A DNA stretch of 64,000 bases. Source: Armatimonadota bacterium (GTDB lineage Bacteria; Armatimonadota; UBA5829; DSUL01). Made by a program: the position numbers and the translations under genes. Where the stretch lies: the NCBI GenBank assembly GCA_039811685.1, contig JBDHZC010000003.1, positions 128,001-192,000 of the forward strand, given 5' to 3'. The notes beneath the pieces are model-generated. The model saw nothing but the letters and a program-made list of their open reading frames with translations. It was not told where the DNA came from and made no database searches. This document shows, piece by piece, positions 19,358 through 29,893 of the stretch; positions within the stretch are counted from its first letter, which is position 1; every line of letters starts with the position of its first letter.

Positions 19358-20485
19358 ATGGCTCAGGCATACACACCGGGACTCACTGTTACAGGATTCA
19401 CCACTATCCGCAAGCTGCGGAGACTGCCGTTGGCGGGCGATGTGCTGGTGCAGGCAGGGCAACACGTGGAGCCAAGCGACATCCTCGCCCGTGCCGAGCT
19501 TCCCGGAATTATGCGTACGTGCCGCACAGCGGAGTTGCTGGGGCTGGATCCGAAAGACCTTCCGCCCGCGCTGCTGGTAAAGGAAGGCGACACCGTTGTG
19601 AAGGGCCAGGCGCTCGCGCGGACCTCCAGCTTCTTTGGACTTTTCAAGAACGAAAGCCGAGCCCCGGTGGGCGGGCTCGTGGAGTTGATCAACCCGCTGT
19701 CCGGCAACATCGGCATCCGCGAAGCCCCGTCACCCGTTGAGATCAAAGCCTACGTGCGGGGCGAGGTTGTGGATGTCTTGCCGCGGGAGGGGGCTGTGGT
19801 CGAAACGCGGGGGGCTTTGATACAGGGCATTTTCGGTGTTGGAGGGGAGCGCAACGGCGCGATTCACACTTTGGAGGGTGACTCGGACATTGACGGCGCC
19901 TGTGCTGGCGCGGTCGTTGTATTAAGAGGCTGCGTAACTCTACAGCAAATGAGGGCGGCTTCGGATTGTGGCGCTGTTGGGATTGTGGCGGGCGGAGTGG
20001 TGGACTCCGATCTGATTCAATATCTGGGGCACGATATTGGCGTAGCCATAACAGGGGAAGAGCAGGTGCCCTCGACGGTCATCGTCACTGAGGGATTTGG
20101 TGAGATCTCGATGGCTCAGAGGACATGGGATTTGCTGCAGTCTCTCGAAGGCCGAATGGCTTCCATCAACGGAGCGACGCAGATTCGCGCAGGCGTGATT
20201 CGCCCGGAAATTATCGTTCCGGCTGTGCTGGGTACGTCTGGTGCCGCTGGTGAGCCTAATCAGGGCAGCATGTCCCGGGATGGTGAGTCAGGATCTCTGG
20301 AGAACGGCTGCTCCATTCGTATAATTCGAGAGCCTCATTTTGGAGCGCTGGCGACTGTCACAGAACTGCCGTCTGAGCTTGAAACTGTCCCCTCGGGAGC
20401 TCATGTGCGCGTACTCGTAGCAAGGCTGCAGGATGGGCAGACCGTGCGGGTGCCCAGAGCCAACGTCGAGCTTATGCAGCAGTAA
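19358..20485 (+). CDS. Conserved hypothetical partner of the GlmL-like protein (barrel-sandwich-like N-terminus, KOW-like C-terminus)
   Basis: Starts 12 nt after glmL. Motifs VLVQAGQHV, LVKEGDTVVKGQ, QGIFGVGGE, TEGFG, GATQIRAGVIRPE and VPRANVE. Confidence 0.75.
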   Translation: MAQAYTPGLTVTGFTTIRKLRRLPLAGDVLVQAGQHVEPSDILARAELPGIMRTCRTAELLGLDPKDLPPALLVKEGDTVVKGQALARTSSFFGLFKNESRAPVGGLVELINPLSGNIGIREAPSPVEIKAYVRGEVVDVLPREGAVVETRGALIQGIFGVGGERNGAIHTLEGDSDIDGACAGAVVVLRGCVTLQQMRAASDCGAVGIVAGGVVDSDLIQYLGHDIGVAITGEEQVPSTVIVTEGFGEISMAQRTWDLLQSLEGRMASINGATQIRAGVIRPEIIVPAVLGTSGAAGEPNQGSMSRDGESGSLENGCSIRIIREPHFGALATVTELPSELETVPSGAHVRVLVARLQDGQTVRVPRANVELMQQ

Positions 20486-20639
20486 GCCATGTGCTGTCCT
20501 CATCTGTGACGCACCTCTGCTCTTTCTTGCAGCCTGCCCAGCCGCGTCTAAGGTTTTTCATAGCCGCGGAACCGGTTGACCTTTTGTATGACAGCGGAGT
20601 ATAGTCTAGCGCAAGCCCACCCGGATTGGAGCCTCTGTT

Positions 20640-22346
20640 ATGCGACCCATCAGACTCAATTTTCTCCTCATTTGTGCTTTGCTGTGGATGTCCTGTGTGT
20701 CTGCGCCCGCCTTCGCCCAGCCGCGAGAGTATGTCAAGGACATTGCCCCAGGCGTTCAACTTTTGCAGACAGTCGATCCGGATGTGCCAATAACCATCAG
20801 CGCAGTCAAGTTCGACACTCGCAAAGCTGGTGTCCGGGCCGGAGCGTTTGTTGGAAACAACCTGATCAATGCAAAGCAGCGAGAAGTCGTCAGCTCCGCA
20901 GTCGCTCGCACTCACGCGCTGGCCGGCGCCAACGCCGATTTCTTTCCGTGGACGTGCGACCCTCTCGGGTTCACAGTGGTGGACGGACGCCTGGTGAGTG
21001 AACCTGCCAGCAACAGACCCTGCATAGGATTCACAACAGGTGGAGAGCCGCTCATTGGGGATGTGAAGATGGCGCTGACTCTTGAGATGCCCAACGGACG
21101 CTATATTAAGCTGGATGGCGTGGATCGCGCGGCAGGGCAGGCCGACGTCATTCTCTACGACCGCCTCTGGGGCACTTCGACAGGCGCATCCGCAGACTCT
21201 GCGGAACTCATTCTCTCCTGTGACTGGCCGCAGATTATGCAAACGGGCCAGTTGGACGCACAGGTTCTGAGTCTTAGCGTGCCAGGTACAGATCAGCGCA
21301 TTCCCGAAGGTGCGGTGGTTCTGGTGGCCAAAGGCGCGCGTGTCGCCGAGTTGACTTCGGCGCTATCCGATCAAAAGACTGTCAAGCTCAGGCTTGTCGT
21401 CCAGGACGGGAGCAATCGCTCGTGGCTCGGAGTTCGCAATGCCGTTGGAGGGGGATCATGGCTGGTGCGGGACGGGCAGGTTTTTGAGAACTCTCAAAAG
21501 GCCGGGTTCGGAGCCAGCTTCGCTAAGTCGCGCCACCCACGCACGGCAGTTGGGGTCACGAAAACCGGTTCCGTATTGCTCCTGGTCGTTGACGGCCGGC
21601 AGACCGTCAGTCGCGGCGCATCGCTGGCGGAGCTGGCCCAGATTATGATGGATCGGGGCTGCGTCCAGGCAATCAACCTGGACGGCGGCGGCTCCAGTTC
21701 GCTCGTGGTGGAGGACCTGGTCATCAACACTCCCTCAGATGGCCAGCAGCGACAGGTGGCCAGTGGCCTGCTCGTCTTTGGAACTCCCCTGACTATGACC
21801 TCACCCACATTTTCTCTTGCCCCTGCGACTTCTCAAGTCACCGCCGGCGCCGGTGAAAGCTTTCAGCCCAACCCGGCAGACTCCGGCTCACTGACACCCG
21901 CACAGATGACGCGCGTCCTGTGGGGCACAAAGAACGGGGGTGGCTTTGTGGAGCAAAACGGAGCCTTCACAGGACTGTTCCCCGGCATAAAGACTGTTCG
22001 CGCACGTCTTGCCGGCTCCACGGACGAAAGCCTTCCGGCCGAAGCTGATGTTGCGGTTCTTGCGAAGGGGCCAGGTGCTGTGACGCTCTCCTGGAATCCG
22101 GTAACACCTCTTGGAAACGCTCAGAGAACCCTCAACATAGCCGTGAAAGATTCTGCCGGAAACGCCTCTGCATGGGCGACAGCAGCAGTCAGTGTGACAG
22201 GCGGCAGCGCTAATCCGGCGTCGGTAGTCTGTGGACGGGACGGTCTGGGACAAACCACTGTAACCTGGGACAGCAGCTTCGCTACTGAGAACCGCATAGT
22301 GACTGTAACCTGTAACGCCGTCTCAGCGAGTACCGGCGACCAATAG
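20640..22346 (+). CDS. Secreted phosphodiester glycosidase (NAGPA) family protein with Ig-like C-terminus
   Basis: Motifs NADFF, RHPRTAVG, VVDGRQ and AINLDGGGSS; TTGACC-18 nt-TATAGT promoter at 20576-20605. Confidence 0.9.
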   Translation: MRPIRLNFLLICALLWMSCVSAPAFAQPREYVKDIAPGVQLLQTVDPDVPITISAVKFDTRKAGVRAGAFVGNNLINAKQREVVSSAVARTHALAGANADFFPWTCDPLGFTVVDGRLVSEPASNRPCIGFTTGGEPLIGDVKMALTLEMPNGRYIKLDGVDRAAGQADVILYDRLWGTSTGASADSAELILSCDWPQIMQTGQLDAQVLSLSVPGTDQRIPEGAVVLVAKGARVAELTSALSDQKTVKLRLVVQDGSNRSWLGVRNAVGGGSWLVRDGQVFENSQKAGFGASFAKSRHPRTAVGVTKTGSVLLLVVDGRQTVSRGASLAELAQIMMDRGCVQAINLDGGGSSSLVVEDLVINTPSDGQQRQVASGLLVFGTPLTMTSPTFSLAPATSQVTAGAGESFQPNPADSGSLTPAQMTRVLWGTKNGGGFVEQNGAFTGLFPGIKTVRARLAGSTDESLPAEADVAVLAKGPGAVTLSWNPVTPLGNAQRTLNIAVKDSAGNASAWATAAVSVTGGSANPASVVCGRDGLGQTTVTWDSSFATENRIVTVTCNAVSASTGDQ

Positions 22347-22364
22347 AGACTGGAGAACGACACA

Positions 22365-24035
22365 ATGGATGCAAGAGCTCTTCTGGATACACTCACTCTA
22401 AAGCAAAAGATCGGGCAACTCCTCATTTTTGGCTGGGCAGGAGAGACTGAGGAAGAAAACACAACAGTTTCCGCTCATGCGCGCGTGCTGCTCGAAGAGT
22501 TTGAGGTTGGCGGTATTATCCTGCTTGGACGAAACGTATCAACTCCGGCGAGAACAGCTCAGACAATGAACGAGCTGCAGGAGCGCTCAGGCCTTCCACT
22601 TTTCATTATCGCCGATCAGGAAGGCGGGATGGTGGCGCGCTTCAAGGACCCTTACGTGGTTTTTCCGGGCAACATGGCTCTGGGAGCGTCGGGTGATCCA
22701 GCTTATGCGTACCGCGCCGCGAAAGCGACTGCGGAAGAACTGCTGGCTGTCGGAGTGAACTTTGACTTCGCGCCGTGCGTGGACGTCAACAACAATCCAC
22801 TAAACCCGATTATTGGGACTCGCTCGTACGGGGACAGCGCCGAGATAGTCAGTCGATTCGCCTCTGAAGCCATTCGGGGCTACACCGAAGGCGGCGTCCT
22901 CACGTCCGCCAAGCACTTCCCCGGTCACGGAGACACATCCGTAGATTCTCATCTGGCCTTGCCTGTTGTTGACTTTCCGCGGGAGCGCCTGGAGCGTGTC
23001 GAGTTTGCGCCGTTCAGGGCGGCTATTGATGCGGGTGTCGCCAGCATCATGACGACGCACATCGTCTTCCCCGCACTCGACCCAGAGCTTCCCTCAACTA
23101 TCTCTAAGCGGATTCTCACCGGGCTTTTGCGCGAAGAGATGGGCTGGGACGGTCTGGTGGTTACGGACTGCCTGGAGATGAAAGGGGTCGCGCTGAGGTG
23201 GGGAACGCCGGCCGCAGCGATAGAGTGCATCAAAGCGGGCGCCGATTGTCCGCTCATCTGCCATACGCTCTCCACTCAGCGTGAGGCGTATCAACGGATC
23301 TGCGAAGCTGTAGATTCGGGGGAACTCTCAGAAGAGCGTCTGAATCAATCCGTCCTGCGTGTGCTCAGGGCGAAGGAGCGCTTTGGCTTGCTGGACAAGC
23401 CTGCCCCGGCAGACCCGGATCGGGCGCTCGCTGTCGTTTCCGATGAGGACAAGAGTAGCCTTGCTTTGGAGATTGCGCGGCGGGCAGTAACAGTGGTCAG
23501 AGATGAACGGGGGACGATTCCCGCTGCGCTCAGCGCAGACCAGGAGATTCTGGTAACAGGGCTGCACCCACAGGTTCCTCAGCTTGCAGGGGAGCTGGCG
23601 CGGCTACACGCGAATGTGCGCATTGAGCCTCTCGGAGACTTGCCGAGACCCTCCAGTGAACAGGAGTTCGGTACTCTCTATCCAGGTCAGGTTTTGAAGG
23701 CTCCGCGCACAGCCGCAGAGTCGGATTTCCCGAAGTTGGCGTCAAAGACGGCTCTGGTGGTGGTTGCGACGTGCCGTTCTGAGCCGTGGACTTCTGGTAT
23801 TGACGAAGAAGCTCAGGCGCACCTGGTGCGCTACCTGGCCGCACAGGGAGCGCCACTCGTTGTCGTAGCTCTGCGAGAGCCTTACGATCTGCGCCAGTTC
23901 AGTGACGTCCCGTGTTACGTAGCTTCGTATGGCTATCGCCCGGAACAGCTTCGGGCGTGCGCTGAGGTACTGCTGGGGGTTCTGGAGGCTACAGGAGCCT
24001 TGCCAGTGGATATTCCAGGGGCGATTTCAGCCTAG
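22365..24035 (+). CDS. nagZ: GH3 beta-N-acetylhexosaminidase
   Basis: Motifs DQEGG, KHFPGHGDTSVDSH and TDCLEM. Confidence 0.93.
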   Translation: MDARALLDTLTLKQKIGQLLIFGWAGETEEENTTVSAHARVLLEEFEVGGIILLGRNVSTPARTAQTMNELQERSGLPLFIIADQEGGMVARFKDPYVVFPGNMALGASGDPAYAYRAAKATAEELLAVGVNFDFAPCVDVNNNPLNPIIGTRSYGDSAEIVSRFASEAIRGYTEGGVLTSAKHFPGHGDTSVDSHLALPVVDFPRERLERVEFAPFRAAIDAGVASIMTTHIVFPALDPELPSTISKRILTGLLREEMGWDGLVVTDCLEMKGVALRWGTPAAAIECIKAGADCPLICHTLSTQREAYQRICEAVDSGELSEERLNQSVLRVLRAKERFGLLDKPAPADPDRALAVVSDEDKSSLALEIARRAVTVVRDERGTIPAALSADQEILVTGLHPQVPQLAGELARLHANVRIEPLGDLPRPSSEQEFGTLYPGQVLKAPRTAAESDFPKLASKTALVVVATCRSEPWTSGIDEEAQAHLVRYLAAQGAPLVVVALREPYDLRQFSDVPCYVASYGYRPEQLRACAEVLLGVLEATGALPVDIPGAISA

Positions 24036-24062
24036 TCAGATGTGATCTCTGGTCTGTTTTGG

Positions 24063-24302
24063 CTATTCGTAGACGCCGTCATCCAGCCAGACGTCTAGAG
24101 CTTCGGCAACCTGCACCCACATCACAGAGTTGCCCTCAAAGGCGACAAACAACATCTGGCGCTCCAGATCAACATCCAGAAGCTTGTCCACGCGTTCCTG
24201 CATGGATACCGAGCCATCTTCGGCCCGAATCGGCACTCGGTATTTGACCTTCAGTTTTTCGTTTGCGTCCAGTCGCTGAGATACCGTTTGCAGATCCATC
24301 AC
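24063..24302 (-). CDS. Small hypothetical protein (beta-rich, Sm/SH3-like pattern)
   Basis: GGAG ribosome-binding site and plausible composition; fills the gap next to the convergent nagZ. Confidence 0.65.
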   Translation of the reverse strand: MMDLQTVSQRLDANEKLKVKYRVPIRAEDGSVSMQERVDKLLDVDLERQMLFVAFEGNSVMWVQVAEALDVWLDDGVYE

Positions 24303-24506
24303 TTATCTCCAGATAGCTGCCGGTGGACGACAGGCGGCTCAGAAGGCACTTCTCCAACAAAGAGCGCCTCTCCTTCCGCTATGCCTTTGGCAGCACCGGT
24401 TGAGTTTATCTCAAAGAACCGCACAGCCGCATGTCCCAGGCAGACACGCTCAAGGAAGTGATGCCACCGTTGGCTCGTCGCCTGACGTACGCCGCGAGCG
24501 CCCGGC

Positions 24507-26666
24507 TCAGTTCGCGGAAGATCGCGCACTCGCCGCCAACTGCGTAGCGTCAGCGTTTCCTGCAATCAGTACGAAGTGTGTGTTCAGAACGACCTCGCCC
24601 TTCTTGACCTGTGTGCTTTGAGGCCGTGCCGGCGGACAGTCCAGCACATCGAAATGAATACTGCCCCACGGACCGTTGCGAATATCTGAGCGCCGCAGGA
24701 CAAAGCTTTCGGGCTTGTCCTGCGCCTGGACTATCCCGAGCTTGCCGTCGATATTTACCCAGCTTCCCCCAACGACTATTGACGAGATTGTCTGTTCGGC
24801 CGGCGCTGGGTCGTCAAAGGCAAATCGGACTGATGTCTGACCCGTGTCTGAGCTATACTTTCGCAGCCCTTTGTTAAAGAAGTCGCTGGCTACCAGCAGC
24901 CGTAAGCCTTCCGTCTCCGTGACCGTAATGTCCGCATCAGCGATGAACCGCGACTGGATCTCCGCTGTGCCCTTCTGCATATCTACTGCAAAGCTGATTT
25001 CGTGCGTGTACGCCGGTGAGCCATCAGCTTTCGAGTAACTGATACGTCCATAAGTGCGAAAACCACTGTCCGTGAGGCGGTCGCTGTGAGTAGTCTTGGG
25101 GTTGACCTTCGGATCTACACCCTCGACAGCGATACGTCCTGTGAGATTGTTGGCAGCCCACTCACATGCGTCATCCATTCCCTCCGGCACAAACAGTCCC
25201 AGCGGAAACGCTCCGCCAAGTGTCCTCCACGCGAAGGACGCAAACAGCCTCTTGTTGTGAGCAAAGCTGAACCCGGACTCCTCACTGATATGCTGAGATG
25301 TGAGGTTCCGCGCGAAGACTTCGGGTGTCGAAGGTTTGATGGGGACTTTGGCTTTGTGCATCAGGTAGCACAGGCCGAGGTTGGCGTAACAATCCGTCTC
25401 ATATTCGGCCTGCCTGTCCATCATGATGTTCCTTGTGAAGCGCCGGCCAAAGAATGAACCGTCCCCGTTCCAAATCTGCTCGTCCTCAAACGCCTGAAAT
25501 CTGCGCGCTTCAATTTCGCGCGCGTCTCTGTCGCCGTACTGCTGCTGCATCAAAACCAGAGCTGGCATAATAAAATACATCCCGTAGGCGTAGCGCGGCC
25601 AGTCTTTGCCTTCTATATAAGCAAAGCGCTTCTCGAGGAACGTGGGCTTCAGCCTTTCCCATACGTCTCGGAAGTGATGAAGCTGCGCTTCGGGCGGAGT
25701 TGCTCCGGAGCTCTCCAGCGCCCAGCGGCCCCAGGCAACGGAGTGCAGCGGACAGGCCATGTAGCACACGTGATAAGACCCATGATTTTCAATTGTGAAA
25801 TCTGAGTGGATGTTGTCTGTATATACCTGCTCCGACAGCTTTCGTCCATCCACAACTGCATCGGAAGTGGCGTCCTGTGGCGCGGAGAGTGAGTTGAGAT
25901 AGAACTCAATGAGTTTTGCGCGCCACTCTGAAGCGTGAGGGTGGTCCGGGAACATACCGACAGCCACCGCCATCACTTCCGTGTCCCATTCGTTCTCTTC
26001 ACTCTTGGTGTCGCTCAAGGCGCCGGAAGGCGCTTTTCGGCTGAGGTGCCGGTCTGCTTCGTGAGCTACGACTCGCTCGACGGCGCTCCTCTCTTCCACC
26101 GGGATCTTGTCCCAGATGAGATGCGCACCGAGAGCCATCTTTGCGGCCCACCAGGCGGACTGCCAGTGATTGCCCCACTTCTTTCCGTCGCCGCAGGTGA
26201 ACTCCCCTGTCACGTGACTGCCCGTCATATAGCGCAGGCATGCGCGGGCCCGGTCCAGAAGCTCAGCCTGGCTGAAGCCCGTGACACGCTCGTCATAGGC
26301 CGGGTCGCTGGCCAGTAGGCTCATCACAAAAATATAGTTGCCCATCGAGCGCAGGCCCATCTCAGCGGAGTCCGGATCGCCGAAGAAGCCGACGTCGGCT
26401 CGCCCCAGATAGTTGTTTCGCCATCCGCGCTCGCCGTACAGCGGAAACCGCTCCAGCACTCGCATATAGTCACTTGTGGAGGGGTAGGCCTCTGTGCGGG
26501 CGGGGCCTTTCTTCAGGAGCTTCAGAGGCTGCGAAGGTGATGGGGTCATCCAGGCCTTCCGGTCAATCGGCGGCTGTAGTACGTCCGTAGCGTGCGCTGA
26601 GCCCGCCAGTGGCGAGAGAATCAGCACCAGAAACACAAACGGCAAGAAAGTGTGCGCGGTCTCCAT
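24507..26666 (-). CDS. Secreted protein, probably an alpha-toroid plus beta-sandwich polysaccharide-lyase-like enzyme
   Basis: Signal peptide; motifs WQSAWW, DTKSEENEW, TIENHG.YH..Y and G.DW. Confidence 0.6.
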   Translation of the reverse strand: METAHTFLPFVFLVLILSPLAGSAHATDVLQPPIDRKAWMTPSPSQPLKLLKKGPARTEAYPSTSDYMRVLERFPLYGERGWRNNYLGRADVGFFGDPDSAEMGLRSMGNYIFVMSLLASDPAYDERVTGFSQAELLDRARACLRYMTGSHVTGEFTCGDGKKWGNHWQSAWWAAKMALGAHLIWDKIPVEERSAVERVVAHEADRHLSRKAPSGALSDTKSEENEWDTEVMAVAVGMFPDHPHASEWRAKLIEFYLNSLSAPQDATSDAVVDGRKLSEQVYTDNIHSDFTIENHGSYHVCYMACPLHSVAWGRWALESSGATPPEAQLHHFRDVWERLKPTFLEKRFAYIEGKDWPRYAYGMYFIMPALVLMQQQYGDRDAREIEARRFQAFEDEQIWNGDGSFFGRRFTRNIMMDRQAEYETDCYANLGLCYLMHKAKVPIKPSTPEVFARNLTSQHISEESGFSFAHNKRLFASFAWRTLGGAFPLGLFVPEGMDDACEWAANNLTGRIAVEGVDPKVNPKTTHSDRLTDSGFRTYGRISYSKADGSPAYTHEISFAVDMQKGTAEIQSRFIADADITVTETEGLRLLVASDFFNKGLRKYSSDTGQTSVRFAFDDPAPAEQTISSIVVGGSWVNIDGKLGIVQAQDKPESFVLRRSDIRNGPWGSIHFDVLDCPPARPQSTQVKKGEVVLNTHFVLIAGNADATQLAASARSSAN

Positions 26667-26819
26667 AATGCCACCTGTTAGGCTCTGCGTCCGCTAATTC
26701 CTCCGGCTGGCGCAGAAGCTCATTCAGTCGCGCCTCGCGCGCGCTGTTGCAGGGCGCTTGAGGAGTGCCTCTCGCGTTAGCCAACCCAACACGTCGCTGG
26801 CGTTAGACTCTCGTCCGCT

Positions 26820-27806
26820 TCAGTGACCAGGGAGACGCGTGCCTGTGTTAAAGGCGGCAAAGATTATCACCACGTACATCAGCACGAAAAACCACCCGGT
26901 TGCCCGGGTCAGGCGGCGCCTGCGCAAGTTCACGCCGCCGATCACCGTGAGCGTTACCATAACGACAAATGGCAGGCTCACGACGTGTTTGACAGCTCCA
27001 TGCCCATCAGCCGCATAGACAAACGTCAGGACAGCCAGCAAGAGTGTGTTGTGATTCGCCTGAGATCCGATGAAATTCGCGATGCTGATTTCCGCCAGTT
27101 TTCCGTCGCGTATCACTGTCAGAAACGCAGTGATTTTCTCCGGCATTTCAGATGCGATTGGGCTTAGAATAATGGCGATGGCTATCGGGCTGACATGAAA
27201 CATGTGAGCGACTTCAATCATAGAGCCCACAAACGGATCCGCTGCCAGCAGAATGACAATCCCGCCCGCTACGAAGAACCCGGCTGCTTTCCACAGCTCT
27301 CTCCTTGTCACTGTGCTGGCGCCGTTGCCCGCTGTGCGATAGGCGACGCGCGCGTGCTCCACGACATAAAGCACGAAGATAATCGTAAGGATGATCCCGT
27401 CAACAACCGTCAGATCGTCTCCGATGATCGCCAGGACCAGCGCCGCGAGGGATGCAAAGATCAGAAAAAAGCCGTCAATGCGTGTGTGTGGACTAAGCTC
27501 GATTACGCTGACGGGGTTGCGGCTGAGACGGCTGGTGGCGAACAGTATTACGGAGCCGTAACCGAGCGTTATCAAAAGCGTGCACGCCCCAATGACTGAC
27601 CCGAGCCCGACTTCCGGCGCATCATGCTTTGTCACCGCAAAGATGACGAAAAGATACTCCGGCATTGTTGTGACGAGCGCCAGTAGAATGCTGCCCGCAA
27701 AGTTCACGCCGAACTTCTCAGCAGTCTTCTCGGCCCCTTCACTCAGCAGCGCTCCACCTGCCGTAATGACTAGAAGGAGCAGTGCAAACTCGATCAGAAC
27801 CATCAT
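26820..27806 (-). CDS. Sodium/calcium (CaCA) exchanger family membrane protein
   Basis: Two alpha repeats: ALVTTMPE...GSVIG and PIASEMPE...ANFIGS. Confidence 0.85.
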   Translation of the reverse strand: MMVLIEFALLLLVITAGGALLSEGAEKTAEKFGVNFAGSILLALVTTMPEYLFVIFAVTKHDAPEVGLGSVIGACTLLITLGYGSVILFATSRLSRNPVSVIELSPHTRIDGFFLIFASLAALVLAIIGDDLTVVDGIILTIIFVLYVVEHARVAYRTAGNGASTVTRRELWKAAGFFVAGGIVILLAADPFVGSMIEVAHMFHVSPIAIAIILSPIASEMPEKITAFLTVIRDGKLAEISIANFIGSQANHNTLLLAVLTFVYAADGHGAVKHVVSLPFVVMVTLTVIGGVNLRRRRLTRATGWFFVLMYVVIIFAAFNTGTRLPGH

Positions 27807-27900
27807 TTGCTCCCGCCGGATTCCACCGGGTTACAAACACACCTTTCGCCGCTACCGTCTGCCGCCGGGCTAACGCCCTTCATTGCGTGGCAGGCCAGTA

Positions 27901-29727
27901 TTACTCTACAGTGACACTCTTTGCAAGGTTGCGCGGCTGGTCCACGTCACAACCGCGCCTCGTGGCTATGTGATAAGCGAGAAGCTGCAGGGGCAGGGCA
28001 GTGAGAACAGGCGAAAGATACTCCGGCGCCTCCGGCACGTACACGACTTCATCCGCATGGCGGGCTATCTCCCGGTCGCCCTCTGTCGCAATGGCGAGAA
28101 CGGAACCCTGCCGCGCCCGGATTTCCTGTATGTTTGATAGCATCTTGTCGTAAACTTCGCTTTGGACACAGATGCAGATGGCAGGCAGGCTGTGGTCAAC
28201 CAGCGCGATGGGCCCGTGCTTCATTTCACCCGCAGCATACCCTTCCGCATGGATATATGATATCTCTTTAAGCTTCAGCGCACCCTCCAGAGCGCTCGGA
28301 TAATTATAGCCACGTCCAAGGAACAGCGCGCTCTCAGCCAGATAGTAACGATCGCGCGACTCAAAGATAGCGCCGTCCTGCTCCAGCGCCTGGCGCATTT
28401 TGGAAGGCAGGTCCCTGATCTCTGCGCTCATTTGCATAGCTTCCTCACGAGAGACAGAGCGACGCAGTTGGCCGAGATACACCGTGAACAGCGCGAACGC
28501 GACAATCTGGGAAGTATAAGCTTTCGTACTGGCGACCCCGATTTCCGGCCCCGCGTTCTGATAGATCACTCCGTCAGACTCCCGGGCTATAGAGCTTCCC
28601 ACCACGTTGCAGATCGACAGTACACGCGCTCCTCGCCGCTTCGCCTCCCGAATTCCAGCCAACGTATCCGCTGTCTCTCCGGACTGCGTGACGGCCATCA
28701 CAATCGTACCCTCGTCAATCACCGGATCACGGTAGCGAAACTCGCTGGCCAGGTCCACCTCTACCGGCACGCGCGCAATGCGCTCCAGCAGCAGCCGCCC
28801 GACCAGCCCTGCGTGATAGGCTGTCCCGCAGGCCGTAATCAGAATTTTGCGCGCGTTTCGAAGGTCGTCGTCACTGATGCCAATGTCCCGCAGCTCCACG
28901 ACGCCATCCTCGTCAAAGCGCCCCCGCAGGGTGTTGTTGATGACCTGCGGCTGTTCGTGAATCTCTTTGAGCATAAAGTGCGGGTAGCCAGACTTCTCCG
29001 CCGCGCTTGCGTCCCAGTCGATGCGAGAGATATCCCGCGTCACCGGCCGGCCTTCAAGATCCGTTATCTCGACGGATTCCGCGGAGATGCTCGCCACCTC
29101 CTTCTCGCCGAGATAGATGATTTTACGCGTGTGGTTCAAGATCGCAGGCACGTCGCTGGCGATGAAGTTCTCCCCTTCTCCCAGTCCGAGGATCAGAGGG
29201 CTTCCGGATCGCGCCGCTACCAGGCGGCCCGGCTCTTTGTCGCAGATAATCCCCAGCGCATAAGCGCCCTCAACCATCTGCAGCGCTTCTCGAACGGCGT
29301 GAGCGAGGTCCCCGCGGTAGTGCTGTCCGATCAGGTGCGCCAGCACCTCCGTATCCGTCTGAGAATGAAACTGATGTCCCTCGATCTGAAGCTGATCCTT
29401 CAACGTGTGGTAGTTTTCAATGATGCCGTTGTGAACAACGTGAATCATACCGGCGCCGTCAGAGTGCGGATGTGAGTTCTCCTCAGAAGGCCGTCCGTGA
29501 GTTGCCCACCGCGTATGGCCTACTCCGCCTGTGCCTGCGATGGGGTTCTCGCGCAGGCTCTGAGCTAGTTCCCCCAGCTTACCCACCCGCTTTCGGACGC
29601 AGACGCCCTCGCCTGAAAATATGGCCAGGCCGGCTGAGTCGTAGCCACGGTACTCAAGCCTCTGCAGCCCATCCAACAAAATCGGGACCGCATCTCTGTT
29701 CCCAACGTAACCAACAATCCCACACAT
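27901..29727 (-). CDS. glmS: Glutamine--fructose-6-phosphate transaminase (isomerizing)
   Basis: Starts MCGIVG; motifs EYRGYDSAG, HTRWATHG, QSGETADT and PRNLAKSVTVE. Confidence 0.98.
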   Translation of the reverse strand: MCGIVGYVGNRDAVPILLDGLQRLEYRGYDSAGLAIFSGEGVCVRKRVGKLGELAQSLRENPIAGTGGVGHTRWATHGRPSEENSHPHSDGAGMIHVVHNGIIENYHTLKDQLQIEGHQFHSQTDTEVLAHLIGQHYRGDLAHAVREALQMVEGAYALGIICDKEPGRLVAARSGSPLILGLGEGENFIASDVPAILNHTRKIIYLGEKEVASISAESVEITDLEGRPVTRDISRIDWDASAAEKSGYPHFMLKEIHEQPQVINNTLRGRFDEDGVVELRDIGISDDDLRNARKILITACGTAYHAGLVGRLLLERIARVPVEVDLASEFRYRDPVIDEGTIVMAVTQSGETADTLAGIREAKRRGARVLSICNVVGSSIARESDGVIYQNAGPEIGVASTKAYTSQIVAFALFTVYLGQLRRSVSREEAMQMSAEIRDLPSKMRQALEQDGAIFESRDRYYLAESALFLGRGYNYPSALEGALKLKEISYIHAEGYAAGEMKHGPIALVDHSLPAICICVQSEVYDKMLSNIQEIRARQGSVLAIATEGDREIARHADEVVYVPEAPEYLSPVLTALPLQLLAYHIATRRGCDVDQPRNLAKSVTVE

Positions 29728-29893
29728 AGACTCCGGCTGCCTCCAGCACAGCAGAAGCAGTATAACGGTCGATCTCAGGCCCGGCAATGAAACCGTATCC
29801 GCGCCAGCCGGGGCCACCTCAGAAGGAAAAATCGGAGAAAGTGCTGACAGAGTCGTAACAATTCTGGTAATATAGAAGGAACAAGTTACGAAA

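Noticed and set aside
29728..29817. N-terminal extensions in the ORF track (glmS, also 47637, 56560, 55872, 43221)
   Set aside because: GlmS needs Cys at position 2. The other extensions overlap upstream genes or repeats, and better starts lie downstream.
29728..29893. glmS ribozyme upstream of glmS
   Set aside because: No AGCGCC...GACGAGG core on the minus strand; the region looks like divergent promoters.
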